This document shows, piece by piece, positions 42,078 through 58,835 of a stretch of DNA of 64,000 nt. Numbering within the stretch: the first letter of the stretch is position 1; each line of letters begins with the position of its first letter. The position numbers were made by a program, and so were the translations under genes. Source of the stretch: Eledone cirrhosa (Eukaryota); the NCBI GenBank assembly GCA_964016885.1, contig OZ024751.1, positions 46,872,001-46,936,000 of the forward strand. The letters run 5' to 3'. The notes beneath the pieces were generated by a model. It had not been told where the DNA came from, did no database searches, and was given only the letters and a program-made list of their open reading frames with translations.

Positions 42078-42335
42078 AGATCCATGGACGAGTTCTCTCC
42101 AGCGGTCTCATTATCGCTGCCATGTCCTGCCTCTCCAACAGACCAGTGTCTGTCCTTAGGGCATCAACATACGTTAACCTTGGTCTTCTTCTTTCAGTGT
42201 GTCCATGGAGGGGCTCCCACAGGAGCACTGAGTGCAGTGTCAACTCTGGATGTCGGTGAGCATGTCCAGCTAACCTCAGTCTCCTCTGTGTCACTTTTGA
42301 GCTGACTTTTGGGAGGCTCCCATACAGCTCTGAGT
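42078..42335 (-). mobile_element. RTE-clade LINE 3' fragment (same family as 10501)
   Basis: [25 protein letters not shown]...RPRLTYVDALRTDTG. Confidence 0.8.
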
Positions 42336-42903
42336 TTTTATATATATATATATATATGGGGGGGGGGGGGGTCCCGGGTTCAATGGGAGGTAACCACAGT
42401 AAGTAAAGTACTCAATACATTGGTAAAGTGTATACAACAAAATTTAATATAGAAATGGCTTCTACATCATCACCACCTCTACCACCATCACCAACGCCAC
42501 ATCACCACCACCACCACCTCCACCACTGCCGTCATCATCATCATCGCCATTGCTATCATCATCATCATCATCATAATCATCATCAACATTATCATCATCG
42601 TCATCATCATGATCCACTTTATTACATCCAGAAATGTCCAGTAGTTTAGTGTCAGCTGAAGACACAATGCAGTTTCAATTCCCACTAACAGACGTTGTCA
42701 CATCAACTCATGCGGAACATTTTACACACTCACTGAATCAGAACACACACACGCATAGACACACACACAGACACACAGACACACACACACAAACACATAC
42801 ACACACATATACACACACACACATGCATACACACATGTTTCTTGTATGGCTGTTTGTTGTTTGGGCGTGTGTATGCTTGTGCATCTTTGTGAGTGTGTGT
42901 GTT

Positions 42904-42940
<37 letters not shown>

Positions 42941-42970
42941 GATGGTGTGGTGACTAAGATGTCTGTGTCG

Positions 42971-43026
<56 letters not shown>

Positions 43027-43112
43027 CTACTTTATTTTTATTATATATTACCCCCCTCCTCTACATTAGTTTACTGATTAGTTTATTGCTGTCCACAATG
43101 GTTGATTACCAC

Positions 43113-43145
<33 letters not shown>

Positions 43146-43285
43146 AATGATGATAATGATGATGATGATGATGATGATGATAATGATTATGATAATGATG
43201 ATGATGGTAGGGGTGGGCGTGATGATGGTAATGATTGTAGTGGTTGTTATGATGATGATGATGATGATGGAAATGGTGCTGGTGG

Positions 43286-43355
<70 letters not shown>

Positions 43356-43490
43356 GATGATGATGGTTATGACGAAGGCGACGACGACGACGATGATGAC
43401 GATAATGTTTGTTATTGCAATTTTTTTTGCTGTTGTTTGTGTTATTGTTGTTGTAGTTGTTGATGTTGTTGCGGCGGCGTGGTGTGAGTG

Positions 43491-43521
<31 letters not shown>

Positions 43522-43749
43522 GAAACCATCAACGATAGAGGGGAGGGTTCGGTATTCTTGTAAGAGCCCCAAGATCCATCATCACCTGGCATATATATAA
43601 TATATATATATTCTTCTGTGTCCAATGTCTAATGAAGCTTTAGCCTGGGAAAAACTTTCTTTCGAATTATGGAAAGTAGTTGAGAGAAGGAAAAAACTCA
43701 TTCTTTTCGCTGTTTCTCTTAATTCTGTCACAAACTTTCAACACCCATC

Positions 43750-44088
43750 AACCGCACCCTCTTCTTTATGTTGCTATTGCTGTTGTTGTTGCTGTTGGTG
43801 GTAGTGGTGGTTTTCGTTGGCACCCGGCCCCACCCTATTTGTGTTGCTGTTGTTGTGATGGTGGTGGTGGTGGTGGTGGTGGTGATGGTAGTGGCGGTGG
43901 TGGTGATGGTAGTGGCGGCGGCGGTGGTGGTGGTGGTGGTGGTGGTGGTGGTGATTTTGGTTTGGCATAAACCACCCTCTTCATTGTACTGCCCTTGCTG
44001 TTGTTGTTGTTGTTGTTGTGGTGGTGGTAGTGGTGGTTTTTGTTGGCACCCGGCCCCACCCTCTTTGTGTTGCTGTTGTTACTGTTGC

Positions 44089-44121
<33 letters not shown>

Positions 44122-44680
44122 AGTGGTGGTAGTGTTGATGCTTTGGGTTTGGCATAAAAACCACCGTCTTCATTGTACTGTCCTTGTTGCTGTTGTTGTT
44201 GTTGTTGTTGTGTTGGTGGCAGTGGTGGTTTTCGTTGGCACCGGGCCCTACCCTCTTTGTGTCGCTGTTGTTACTGTTGTTGTTATTGTGGTGGTGTGGG
44301 TGGGAGTGTTATGGTGGTGGTGGTGGTGGTGGTGTGGTGGGCTTCTTTGGCTCCACCACACCCTCCTCTTATGTCGCTGTTGTTGCTGTTGTCGTTATTA
44401 TTGTTGTTGTTGTTGTGGTTTTCATTGGCCCTCATGACACCAACTTTGTGTTGCTGTTGATGTTGTTGTTGTTGTTGTTGTTGTGGTGGTCGTGATTTGG
44501 GTTGGCACCCATTCCACTCTCTTCTTCATGCTGTTGTTGTTGTTGTTATATCTATTGGTGGTGGTTTTCGTTGTCCCCCACCCCAACTTCTTTATGTTGT
44601 GGTAGTGGTGTTGGTGGTTTTGGTTTGCTACACCCACCCTTCTTTATGTTGCTAATGTTGTTACTGTTGGTGCTTTTTGA
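43750..44680. repeat. Degenerate ~200-bp tandem repeat with (GTT)/(GGT) tracts
   Basis: GTTGGCACCCGGCCCCACCC...TTTGGCATAAA recurs 3-5 times. Confidence 0.7.
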
Positions 44681-44950
44681 GGGGTGGGGGCCTTGCTTTC
44701 TTCTTCCTGTTAATGTTGTTTCTGCTGTTGTTGTTGTTGTTGTTATTACGGTTTGGCCCTCCTCCACCTTTTATAGGGTTTTCATTTTTCTTATTTATTT
44801 ATATTTGTATATATATACATATATATATATAAACATATATATATATACACATATATATATATATATATATGTATGTATATATATGTGTGTTTGTGTGAGT
44901 GTATATATATCTATATGTGTGTGTGTATATATATATACATATATATATAT

Positions 44951-45045
<95 letters not shown>

Positions 45046-45088
45046 GTTAAGGGTGAAAGCAGCGATTCTTTGCTTAAACTTTAATCTG

Positions 45089-45139
<51 letters not shown>

Positions 45140-45142
<3 letters not shown>

Positions 45143-45343
45143 CGAAGGAAATGTGGTAAGGAACCAGATGGACCATAACGCACCAGAGTACTCAGAGTAC
45201 TCAATACTTAGGGTAGTAGAGTGGGTAGTAGGAAAAAGGTATGACCCCCGACGGCAGAGCTCAAGACGTTTCGACGGCTATTTCTGGACCAGAAATAGCC
45301 GACGAAACGGCTTGAGCTCTGCCGTCGGGTGTCATACCTTTTT

Positions 45344-45346
<3 letters not shown>
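45140..45346 (-). mobile_element. Family A fold-back element
   Basis: Tail plus palindrome centred at CTGG A CCAG (~45288). Confidence 0.8.
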
Positions 45347-45383
<37 letters not shown>

Positions 45384-46218
45384 AATATATATATATATAT
45401 ATATAAGATGATGATGATGGTGGTAGTTGGGGTGATGGTGGCGATGGTGGTAACTTTTATTATATCATTGTTATATTAGGGGGAATGGTGGTCGTGATCC
45501 CTTGGTTAGGTCGGTTGGAAGGGCTGGCTATTTATGTATTTATATCCTTCAGTAGCTTCCCTCCATTTCCCTCTTCTCCAATGTCTTCAGTTTCTTCCTT
45601 TTAGTAATCTACTTTCAGTTTCTTAAACTTTGGGGGTGGGGGGTTATCCCATTAAAAAAAAAAGTGAAGAAAAAAATGAGAAAAATTTATTTTCTTTATT
45701 TTTACTTCATTTTTATTTCATTTTTATTTCATTTTATTTTACTTTATTTTATTTTATTTTATTTTATTTCATTTCCCAAATTTTCCTCTCCAGTTTCTTC
45801 TGTTTACATCGTTTTAGTTTTCTCCTTCATTTCCAAGCCCTTGTTTAATCCTGCTTCTTAAAATCGAATTAGAAACCCAGCCAGCCACTACTTCAACAAT
45901 TGTAAATGGTGCCTAAACTCTTTCTTAGTGAGCAACAACAAGAGGCTGTTGCTCTCCTTCTTCTTCTTCTTCTTCTTCTTCTTCTTCTTCTTCTTCTTCT
46001 TCTTCTACTTCCTTTTCTTTTTCTTTTTCCTTTTTTTTCTTCTTCTTCTTCTTCTTCTTCTTCTTCTTCTTCTTCTTCTTCTTCTTCTTCTTCTTCTTCT
46101 TCATTCTTCTTCATCTTCTTCTTCTTCTTCTTCTTCTTCTTTTTCTTCCTCGTTCTTCTTCTTCTCCTCCTCCTCCTCCTCTTCCTCGTTCTTCTTCTTA
46201 CGTCTTATTTGTTACCAG

Positions 46219-46253
<35 letters not shown>

Positions 46254-46347
46254 CCCCCCCCCCCTCTGAATCTGTCCCTTTCCACACGGTTATTTTATTT
46301 TACTTTATCTTATTTCATTTTATTTTATTATATTATATTTATTTTTT

Positions 46348-46395
<48 letters not shown>

Positions 46396-46741
46396 TTCCC
46401 CTTTTTTTAAGAGGAGAGACCCTGTCAACTTTCAAGAGGAGAAACACACTAAAAACTTTAATCACGTGACACGAGCTCTTTCACTTCTGTTTTTCTTACT
46501 TAGACAAATGTCCACAGCGCCTACTTTGCTGCATTCATCCTATTCCATTCAGATTCCATATAAATTCGACCTTTACTTCTCGCTCTTATTTTTATTGTTA
46601 TTTTTTTTATTATTATTATTATTATTATCATTATTCCACTTATTTCACATGGTCCCTCAGACGGAAAATTCGGCCAATTAGGATTGACAACCATCTCTCC
46701 CTGCTTAATATATAGATTATTCTTTTCTCTTTATACATACA

Positions 46742-46785
<44 letters not shown>

Positions 46786-46795
46786 TATATATAAA

Positions 46796-46843
<48 letters not shown>

Positions 46844-46919
46844 TATATTTACAGACATATATATACATGCATCATGTTTGTATGTGTGCATGTACATAAA
46901 TACATACATACACATATAC

Positions 46920-47030
<111 letters not shown>

Positions 47031-47057
47031 AGTATATGTGTATGTATGTATTTATGT

Positions 47058-47156
<99 letters not shown>

Positions 47157-47654
47157 AGAGAGACCATGGGAGAGAAAGTGTGATTGTACCTATCGACAAA
47201 GTTTCTTTGTGTATGTATGCGACTCTTTTAGGCATTTACAAGCATACAAACACTACAACAAACAAACAAACACACAACTATAAGCTAACATTAGAGCCAA
47301 AGAAGACAAAAGGTTTTAACTACTTTCTCCAGCCTTAAGAAGATGAGAAACGTGTAGCAAGATTAGTGTTGTTTGTTGGAGGAGAGAGAAAACACGCGTT
47401 CCAACTCGTGCAAAACGTCATAAACCTTTCTAGCGGCGCTTTTGTTTTGAAAACCTTCTCACATTTTTCTCAAGCCCAATTGTTTCCTAGTTTTCATCTT
47501 TCATACATGCAAACATACATACATACATGCATATATACATACATACATATATATATATACATATATACATTCATACATACATATATATATATATATATAT
47601 ACATATATAAATCCATCCATACATACATCATACATGCGCCCATACACACATATA

Positions 47655-47704
<50 letters not shown>

Positions 47705-47746
47705 TTCATACATATATACTTCCATAAAGACGTACATACATACATG

Positions 47747-47829
<83 letters not shown>

Positions 47830-48238
47830 GTATACATATATACATCAAGCAAGCATGCACACGTACATATATATATATACATTCATATATTCATACATAC
47901 ATACTTCCATAAAGACGTACATGCATACATATATATACATACATGCAACACATGCATGTATACATGCATGCATAAATGCATACATACACACATACACTCA
48001 TACATACATACATATATAGAAAGAGACACACACATACACATATATATGCATGAAGTGTGTGTATATGTGCGTCTGTGTATGTGTGCGTGTGTAAGGAAGA
48101 TTTTTTATAATGGAGGAGTGGGGTATATATTTTTTATTTTTTATTTTTTCGGGCGTTCCAAATAGACAGATGGAAAGAGTGTATCGTAGGCAAAACAAAC
48201 AGACCTACTCGTGCAAGCAGCAGGACTTCAATATATAC

Positions 48239-48344
<106 letters not shown>

Positions 48345-48359
48345 GTATATATATATATG

Positions 48360-48591
<232 letters not shown>

Positions 48592-49439
48592 ATCTCCTCT
48601 ACATCACGGCTCAAACAAATAATCACACGGACTGTTTTCGTGTGTTTTTTTTTTTATATGTGTATGTGCGTGCACTCTCACACACACACATGCACATATA
48701 TATGTATATGTGTATATATATTATTTTTTATCTTTGATATTTTTGTCATTTCTTTTTCTTTTTCTATGCGCGTCCTCGGTTGCCTAGAATAAAAAAAAAA
48801 GCGCTCGGTTGATATGGATCCAAATGAACTGAGCGTTATACCCGCGCGTCTTTCTGATAAAAAAAAGAACCCTCACTGGTTGATTTTATCACAGTACCTT
48901 AGCCACATGAATTGTAAATAAGCGAAGCATGGGTGCTGCCTGCGACTATGCTAAAATTATCCTGGTATTGCAAGTTTCTAACAGGCACGCGACCAAAGAA
49001 CAATACCCGACAATCTATATGGACAGGTGAAAACGAATGACTGCCAATGAACCACCAAACCCAATGATTAATGTATTTCAAGTATGCCCAATTAGGTATA
49101 GAATTTTATAGACATGAAAACCTGGGTGTTTATTAGTGTTTTTAGGAAATGGAAGGAAAAAAGAAAGAGAGGGCTTTTTTCCCCCTCAGATGAAAAAAAA
49201 GAGAGAAAACAACAAGAATAATAAAGAATTAAAATACCAGGTGTTTGTATTATATGGGAAGCGTTTAATTCTGTGTAGACAGTGGGTTTATCCCAATTGT
49301 CTTCCCCCTGCCAGACGTCTGTGCTATGGTACAAAGTTAAAATGAATTTAGGATGGGGCTGAAGAAATATAGAAAATCTGTTTTCGGTGTGATTGTTTGG
49401 TTGGAGAAAAAGAAAAAAAAAGGCATTAATAAATTAAGA

Positions 49440-49740
49440 AAAACTAGCTGTACGCACGCTATTCCCAAACCCGGCAACGTTGCGCAAAATATATAAAAAA
49501 TAGTAGAAGAGAATGGAAAAATAATAGGAAAAACTTTTTCAAAAGTTTGTCAAATCGCGCTCTTTTGTATGAGACGCATGCGCATTTCCATCAACAAACG
49601 CTCACTGTGCGACAGCTTGCTGGAGCTGACAAGCGATGCCTGTTGGTCGGCTCAATAGAATACAGACTACAAGTTTTCTTCTCGCCGTGAGAGTGGATTC
49701 CCCTTGTTTGAGAGGATTTATTAATCTCGGGTAGTGGTTC
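49440..49740. promoter_or_regulatory. Candidate core promoter (possibly bidirectional)
   Basis: Unique, relatively CpG-rich island with CGCATGCGCA (NRF1-like) and GACTACAA motifs. No transcript evidence. Confidence 0.35.
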
Positions 49741-50283
49741 TCTCTCTATATATGCATATATATCTTTGTGCGTCTACACACATATGATAATATATGTATA
49801 TATATATATAAATTTATAGATATATATATATATACACACACACAAATATATATATATATATATAAATATATATAAATGTATATGCATATAGCTATATAAA
49901 AATATGTATTTATTATTTAATGTATATAAAATATTTCTTTACATATATGTCTAAATATATATATATATATATACGTATCTACAGAGATATAATTTCTTTT
50001 TTAAATATATATTTATATTTTCCATGCTATTTTTTATATTACTTGTGTGTTTACTGATTTCTTTATCAAATTTAAACATATTTTATTACGTTTTATTACT
50101 CGCATTTATCAGGAAAAAATTTAGAAAGAATTGTACCACCTCACTGAAATTTTTGCTTAAATATTTTAAATGTAAAACATGGTGAAATGCATACATATAT
50201 CTTATATACATTCTCTCTCTCATACACATAATACACGTACACATATGCATATATACATATATATATATATCTATATATCTATA

Positions 50284-50361
<78 letters not shown>

Positions 50362-50539
50362 TAATAATATGCATGCAAGTACACACACACATATATATCT
50401 ATATCTATATATAAATATATACAGATATACACATACATATATATGTATGCACATATATTCATATAGATTTATATATAATATATATATGAATGTATAGATA
50501 AATAGATATATGCATACATAGATATATAAGTATATATAT

Positions 50540-50578
<39 letters not shown>

Positions 50579-50579
50579 C

Positions 50580-50666
<87 letters not shown>

Positions 50667-51066
50667 TATAATTTTTCTTGTTGCTCATCTCTACAGCTGA
50701 TAATATTATTCTAGTAGTTATTTCAAGAATTGTTGTTGGTGTTATTGTCGTTGTTGTTGTCGCGATAAAACGTTGGGTGGAAAACGTTTAATGTTAATAA
50801 TATAAGAATACAGGTGGAAACAATATGATAAAAGTTCAAATCTCAGTGTGTGAGAAACAATAAAACGCCTGGTCATGCTATGCTTTCTTCAGCTTTGTTA
50901 CTCGTTTTTACGTTTCACGTAAAAAATTTTCTAGATGACATGGTTTGCATTTTATTTTTATTATTATTACTATTATTATTATTATTGTTGTTGTTTTATT
51001 CCTTTTATCTGTTCGAGGGTCGATAATATAGTAAATACATTCTAGCTAGTTATATATACTGCAGGG

Positions 51067-51127
<61 letters not shown>

Positions 51128-51135
<8 letters not shown>

Positions 51136-51192
51136 ATACTTGGGGAGGGTCATATTTGTGTAATATTGCCAGAATTAATAACAGAACACACT
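51128..51192 (-). mobile_element. Fragment of the 30661-31285 PLE family
   Basis: ATATTGTTATACTTGGGGAGGGTCATATTTG...ACAGAACACAC, in (TA)n. Confidence 0.75.
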
Positions 51193-51204
51193 AATTCATC
51201 GCCG

Positions 51205-51492
<288 letters not shown>

Positions 51493-51640
51493 ATATTTAT
51501 ATATTTATTTACTATATATATATATATGGACGTATTGTATATTTAATAATATACTGTATGTTTATGTATATATATATGTATATATTTATTTATATCCATT
51601 CAAGTTAAACCTACACCAACGTTCTAGACGTATACTGCAG

Positions 51641-51709
<69 letters not shown>

Positions 51710-52214
51710 TTCAACTTATGCCTACACCAACGTCTTATTTTGCTCAACGTATGTGTGTTTGCATTTTTTGTTTGTTTGTGTATGTGTGCTGCTAAATTTT
51801 CAAATCCATAAATCTATAATTGTTACATGCTTGTATTATATATCGGAAACAGTGAGTTAAGCAAATTGTTAAGAGGTTTAGAAAATAGGGAGTGAAAAAA
51901 GGAGAGAGATGAAGAATAAAGGGATAAAAAGGTGAGAAGAGAAAATATAATAATCATAAAAAAACATCGATTTAACGGATTAATAAATGGGAAGGTGTGT
52001 CCATTCATGCTGAAAGTACTTTAATTCGAAAGTAACCTAAGGGTCATTTTTATTGTTTTCATTGTAGAAAAATATGTTTATCACGGTATACTCTATTGCA
52101 CAATAAAATACTATTCATTTATTGTAATGAATATGTAATGTATATTTCACTGTTAACATAGTAGCTGACGAGTATTACCATGACCGTACAAATAGTACAC
52201 GGTTGTATTGTAGT

Positions 52215-52558
52215 GGGTGGGGTGGCAGTTACGGTAGAGGGTCGGACGCTATGCTTTGCAGCATAGAGTTACGGCCCTTTACGGTCTGAGTTCAAATCCT
52301 GCCGAGGTTAACTTTGCCTTTCATCCTTACGGGGTCGATAAAATAAAGTACCAGTAATGTACTGGGTAATTGCTGGCCGTGTGCCAAAAGTAGAAACAAT
52401 TATTATTATTATTATTTAGTCTACTAAGGGTGGAGGATTTGGCAGAATTGGTAGGGGATCGGATACGATGCCATGGCGGGGTTTGTTCTGGTTCTTTAGG
52501 TTGCGAGTTCAAGACCCGCCAAAATTAGCTTTGCTTTTTATCCTTCTGAGGTCTGTTA
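52215..52558 (+). mobile_element. SINE family J, full copy followed by an older partial copy
   Basis: 52215-52410 and 52426-52558. Older copies at ~39680-39790 (+), 55647-55782 (-) and 58195-58300 (-). Confidence 0.75.
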
Positions 52559-52594
52559 AGTGTGTATCTTATGTCTCTATAAAATATATGATAC

Positions 52595-52639
<45 letters not shown>

Positions 52640-52794
52640 TACATACATATATATACATACACACACATGCATATATTAAAATACGTATCACAACCTTATC
52701 AATAAAGGACTTTAACATCAGAAACTACTTCGCATTTTCCTATTTTCTATATATATACACACATGTATATATATATATATATGTGTGTGTATAT

Positions 52795-52858
<64 letters not shown>

Positions 52859-53249
52859 ATATACATACACCTTTTCTTTCGCGAGCACACACACATATAT
52901 ACAAAAACCAGTATCCTAAAAGAAAATATAGGCTCGTTGATATGGATAAAATGGGTGAATCCCGTAACAAATGTAAGATATTAGGGAGTTTTGAATTAGT
53001 TAAAGAGTTATAAGGGCTCCGTTTATTATCTCCAATTTTATAGCTTGAAGGGAAAGCTGAGACTATGAAAGTTTGGGGTTGTGTATTTTTAGTGAACAAC
53101 ATTCTGTTGACTTGCAGCAATGGTGAAATGTTAGTCTATACATATAAACCTGAACATATTTCACACTTCAGGCATACAAGCACTCGATCTGTGCTGTTGT
53201 GTATGTATGTGTTTGTGTTTATGTTGGTGTAGATAAATACACACATATC

Positions 53250-53297
<48 letters not shown>

Positions 53298-53411
53298 AAT
53301 CTACATATATAAATACGAAAAAAATATATGTGTATCTATATAACTACACGCATACATATATGTGTATCTATATAACTACACGCATACATATATGTGTATA
53401 ACTATTTATAA

Positions 53412-53486
<75 letters not shown>

Positions 53487-53628
53487 GGTTTCTTTTTTTA
53501 TTTATTTCCGGTAAGATGAAACAATTGTTCCTGGTATGGTGAACTAACTGTTGTGTAACCACTTCTACCTAACTCGTCCCATGGACTGAGTGCTCTACCA
53601 CTACGGATATTACCTTCCAGTGTTCTAC

Positions 53629-53673
<45 letters not shown>

Positions 53674-53785
53674 TGTGGTACATATATATATGTGTGTGTG
53701 TGTGTGTGGTACATATATATATATGTGTGTGTGTATATATATATGTATATATATATATATGGGTGTGTGTGAGTGTGTGTGGTAC

Positions 53786-53851
<66 letters not shown>

Positions 53852-56800
53852 ATGTGTGTGTGTGTGTGTGTGTATGTGTGTGTGTGTGTGTGTGTGTGCG
53901 TGCGTGTGTGTGTGTGTAAATTCAGTAAGTACAAAGTCTGTCCTCGTTACATCTGTGACTTAATCACATAATATATTCTGGTTTTCTGCTTCAATATATT
54001 TCAACAAACCACAAATCCCACCGAAACCGACTTCACCTTTGTTCTCGTCCCTTCAAGTTCAATAAAATATGTGCCAAACAATATATTCGCTTGAATTCAA
54101 TTGCCCAAATTTTGTGGCGTTTTCAACGAATGTGAGAAATAAACAAATGTTTCAAACCCCAATTCAAACAATTTTAAAACAATACATTTAAAGCTAAATC
54201 AGCGATACATGAAATTATCATCTCATTGTTTGAAACGATGTAAATATAAAATCTGTCGCTGGTATTCAAGCAAAACTATATTTTGTTTCGAACAATTAAA
54301 CAAATGACACGTCTATGAAATCAATTTGGAACATTACGAACGATTTCTTTTCTTATGGTCTAGAAATGGTGGGTGAGGGGATTTCCTGACGGTAATCTGA
54401 TCCTATTTAGCTTACATTTCAATGTTTATATTTTATTTTATCGAATGGAGAACAAGTATAACTACGTAGAAATGGAGAGAAAATATATAAAAAAAAATGT
54501 ATACAGCAGTTTGAGAAAAAAAAGAGTTAGTATGTACAAAAATAAACACGTTTTTTTTTGTGTGTATGTGTGACCCTATCTAGATTAGTTCGCCTAACTA
54601 GTAGTGGAAAATAGAGTGATGTGATAACCATGTCTGTAGCATTGTAGTAGGAGTTGAAGCAGAATAATAACATCTGCCATTGTAAGTTGGTTGTTGTGTT
54701 GGAGTAATTAAGACTGTATTTAAATTGATAGTAACTAGTGAAGGTAATGGTGAATCTAATGACATTCGATACAATAGAAGAGATTGATATTGGAAGTATA
54801 GAGATATGGTTAAAAATTTCAGACGATAAAGAAGCAAAAGCTGAAGCAGACGATAGAAAGTTATACAATAGAATTAAGCAGATGACAAGGACAGTCGAGA
54901 GAATATGATAGTAGGAATAGTTAGCTGTAGCAGACGACATGTCACAAAGCAGACGATAGGTGTCATGGTTGACAGGTTAAAAAGTTACTCTCACAAATAC
55001 GTAATTCCGGTTCAGTACCACTGCGTGGAATCTATTTATCTATATATCAATCTATCTCTATCTATCTCTATCTATCTATCTAGCTATTTATCTATACCTA
55101 TGCGCCCGCGCGCGTGTGTGTGTGTGTGAGAGAAAGTGTGTGTGTGTGTATGTATGTGTGAATACAAATATATATGTGTTTATGTATACATGCATGTATG
55201 TCAGCGACTGCACGTGTATGTCGGTGTACCTGTGTGTGTGTCTGTCTGTTTGTGTGTGGGGGGAGGTGTCTTTATCTTTCCCACGATGTCTATCGCCGAA
55301 CGATGTAAATATATGCGATAAAACAAATAAAAAACATGCTTTCTCTAACAAAGTTCTTTACGATATTTGTTCTGTACTAAGATTAAAACACTCCTGTATC
55401 ACTTTGAGGTCAGAAATACAGTAAAGCAGAGATTGTCACTTTGAATACATGTAAGCAATAATGCTATTGTTAAGGAAATGTGATATAAAGTGAAATGAAG
55501 ACGCCAGAATCATACAGCAGTTGAATGTAGTATAAAAGAGACAACTGAAGATGAGTGAGGCAGGCGACAAAAGCAGATGTCGCCAAACAGACGATTGACT
55601 GTAGCAGACGACACAAGCAAGACGTCACATTTATCACTGCAGACGACTTTTAATTTAGGCACAAGGCCAGAAATTTTTGGGGCGGGTATTTGATCATAGT
55701 GACTCCAGTACTTCACTGGTACTTTATTTCATCGGCGACGATAGCTAGGATGAAAGGAAAAGGTGGCCTCGGTGGGATTTTAATAGATAACAATAGCTAC
55801 TTGTATTGCACTAGTTGTAGTTACTGTAGTTGCTGTTGTTGTTTATCTTCAAGTTAACTATAATCAAAAGATATTCTGGCCGTGATCATGGTGTCGGGTT
55901 TAGCCTATAGGAATAGCCTATCTAGGACTACATTATTTAATGTTTCTTCCCCGAACACACCTCTCTAAGAGGACCCAGTCCGATTCAAGTGATATTTGGG
56001 AGCTTTTCTGACATATCAATCGCATTTATAGAGGACCCCAAGTTGACAACGAGTATTGTTGTTGTGGTTATAGCTGTTGTCTCATTTGTTGTTAAAGTAG
56101 ATAAATAATAACAACAGCAACAACAATAAAAAAAAATATGTTGATAAATCCAGACATAAATGCATGCTTATATATAAATACATACATATATATATATGTA
56201 TGCATATATGCATACATGCATTCATACATACATACATACATATATACATATATACATACGGACATTTACACATAATGAAATATATACATATAAACATACA
56301 TATATACATACGTACATTCATACATAATCAAATACATAGATACATATATACATACATACATATATACACACACACACACATACATACATGTATACATACA
56401 TACATACATACATACATACATACATACATACACACATACATACATGTATACATACATACATACATACATACATACATACATACATACATACATACATACA
56501 TACATACATACATACATACATACATACATACATACATACATAGATACATACATTTAATGAGGTAAGACAGAGAACACGACCATTATACGTATATGGCGAT
56601 CAAACATCATTGTATTAAGTAAGAACCACCACCGTCAGCAATCTGTCTAATATAATTTATTTATGCTTTCTACACATTCTCAGTCGATTGAACGACACAG
56701 ATAGATTCAATGACAGGCCGCTGACATCTTTCAGAGAATTGAAACTGCGAACAAAAGGGGAAAACAACAAGATAATTGAAGAAAAGAATCACAAGACAGC

Positions 56801-56945
56801 TGTTGTTTAACCGTGAAGCTAGCCATTTTTCTTGACGGCTTCTTTCACAGTAACTACAGACAGTCACGTGACTGGAAAATTTCAAGGGGAACTCACTCAG
56901 ACGATACAAGAAAAAAAAAACAACAAAAACGTGTCGTTATTTATT

Positions 56946-56976
<31 letters not shown>

Positions 56977-57112
56977 TTTCTATTCGTCTTTCTATAATAT
57001 ACAGCATTTCTTTTTATTATCGTACCCACTATGTATGTATGTATGTATGTATGTATGTATGTATGTATGTATGTATGTATGTATGTATGTATGTATGTAT
57101 GTATGTATGTAT

Positions 57113-57661
57113 GTCTCATGGTCGGGTCGTTGGCGACTAAACTGGCAACCCCACCAAGGCTTCTTGGTGAGGAGGGTGACTTTGGACATCCTGCAGGACT
57201 AAAAACAAAACCTGTCAAAGGGCAAAGGTGCTCTTAAGAGTCAATGGCCATCCAACATTACCGGGAGAGATGACCCCTTATCCTTTGTCAAGGCAGAATT
57301 CTAGGAGAAGGAAAACTCTGATATAACACCTGCAACTCTGATGGTATCCAATGATGTTGACTTGTTCTTCTTTTTGGTAAATATCATCTTGGTTAAGAGA
57401 GTGGGACTGGCTTTGTGCAGTGCTTTTGCTCACTATAAAAGCTTCACGGCACAGGCATTGCTTTATATCTGGAGATCTCTCTGCACTTGTCATCACATGG
57501 TACCATGGGCCCAGCACTATGTGTCAATATTTGTCACAAGTGTAGTGTTTGTACCAGAGTTTTCAAGTTGCTGGCTGGAGTAAAAAGTCACACTCGTTCA
57601 GCGCATCGGTAGGGGTTCTCCTAAAGTAGTGGCCGTACTCGAAAACGAGTTGGCAGCCACC

Positions 57662-57663
<2 letters not shown>
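57113..57663 (+). mobile_element. Family H, 5'-truncated
   Basis: Homology to the other copies; (TATG)n on both sides. Confidence 0.8.
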
Positions 57664-57694
<31 letters not shown>

Positions 57695-58449
57695 TGTATG
57701 TATGTATGTATGTATGTGTATGTATGTATGTATATATGTATGTATGTATAAATCTATGTATGTATATATGTAGTAAGTATGTATTTATGTATGTATATAT
57801 GTATGTATGTATGTATAAAAAACGCAGTACAGTGCAGATATATATTAGTTTAACGCTTCATATAGTGAGAAAAGAGTCTTTACGTTTCGAACACTTGTCT
57901 TTCATCAGAAGAATGAAAAATAAAAGACGAAATAGAGAGGATATATTGAGAAGAAGATGGAACGGAAAATATAATTGCGGGGAAAAAGCACGTGTGCATT
58001 CAGTCAGCCTTTTGGAGAAAAAAGTATGTCTTAAGAGTATATACCATGCTTTAACCTAGGGTTATAGGTATCCATGTAGTCGTGGGCAGATACAATCACC
58101 CTCCCAAGATGTCCTCCTTCCCTCGGTACTGTGGGTCATCCAGGATGTAACAGTTGGTAGGAAAGAAGGTTTCACCAGACCCTAGTGTTGGTGTTTACCT
58201 TATTGACCCCTAAGGGATGAAAGGTAAAGTGGACCACGACAGGATTTCAACTGAAAATTCAGGGACCCGGAACAACTATCCAACGCCCTAACGACTGCCT
58301 GAATATATATATATACGTGTGTGTGGGGGTGGGTGGGAGGTGGGGGTGCATGCATGTATACACACACATATACAAACATACATACACACACGCATGCATT
58401 TACAAAGACTCACACATATATATACATAGATACATGTATATATGTATGC

Positions 58450-58736
<287 letters not shown>

Positions 58737-58741
58737 CATAC

Positions 58742-58831
<90 letters not shown>

Positions 58832-58835
<4 letters not shown>

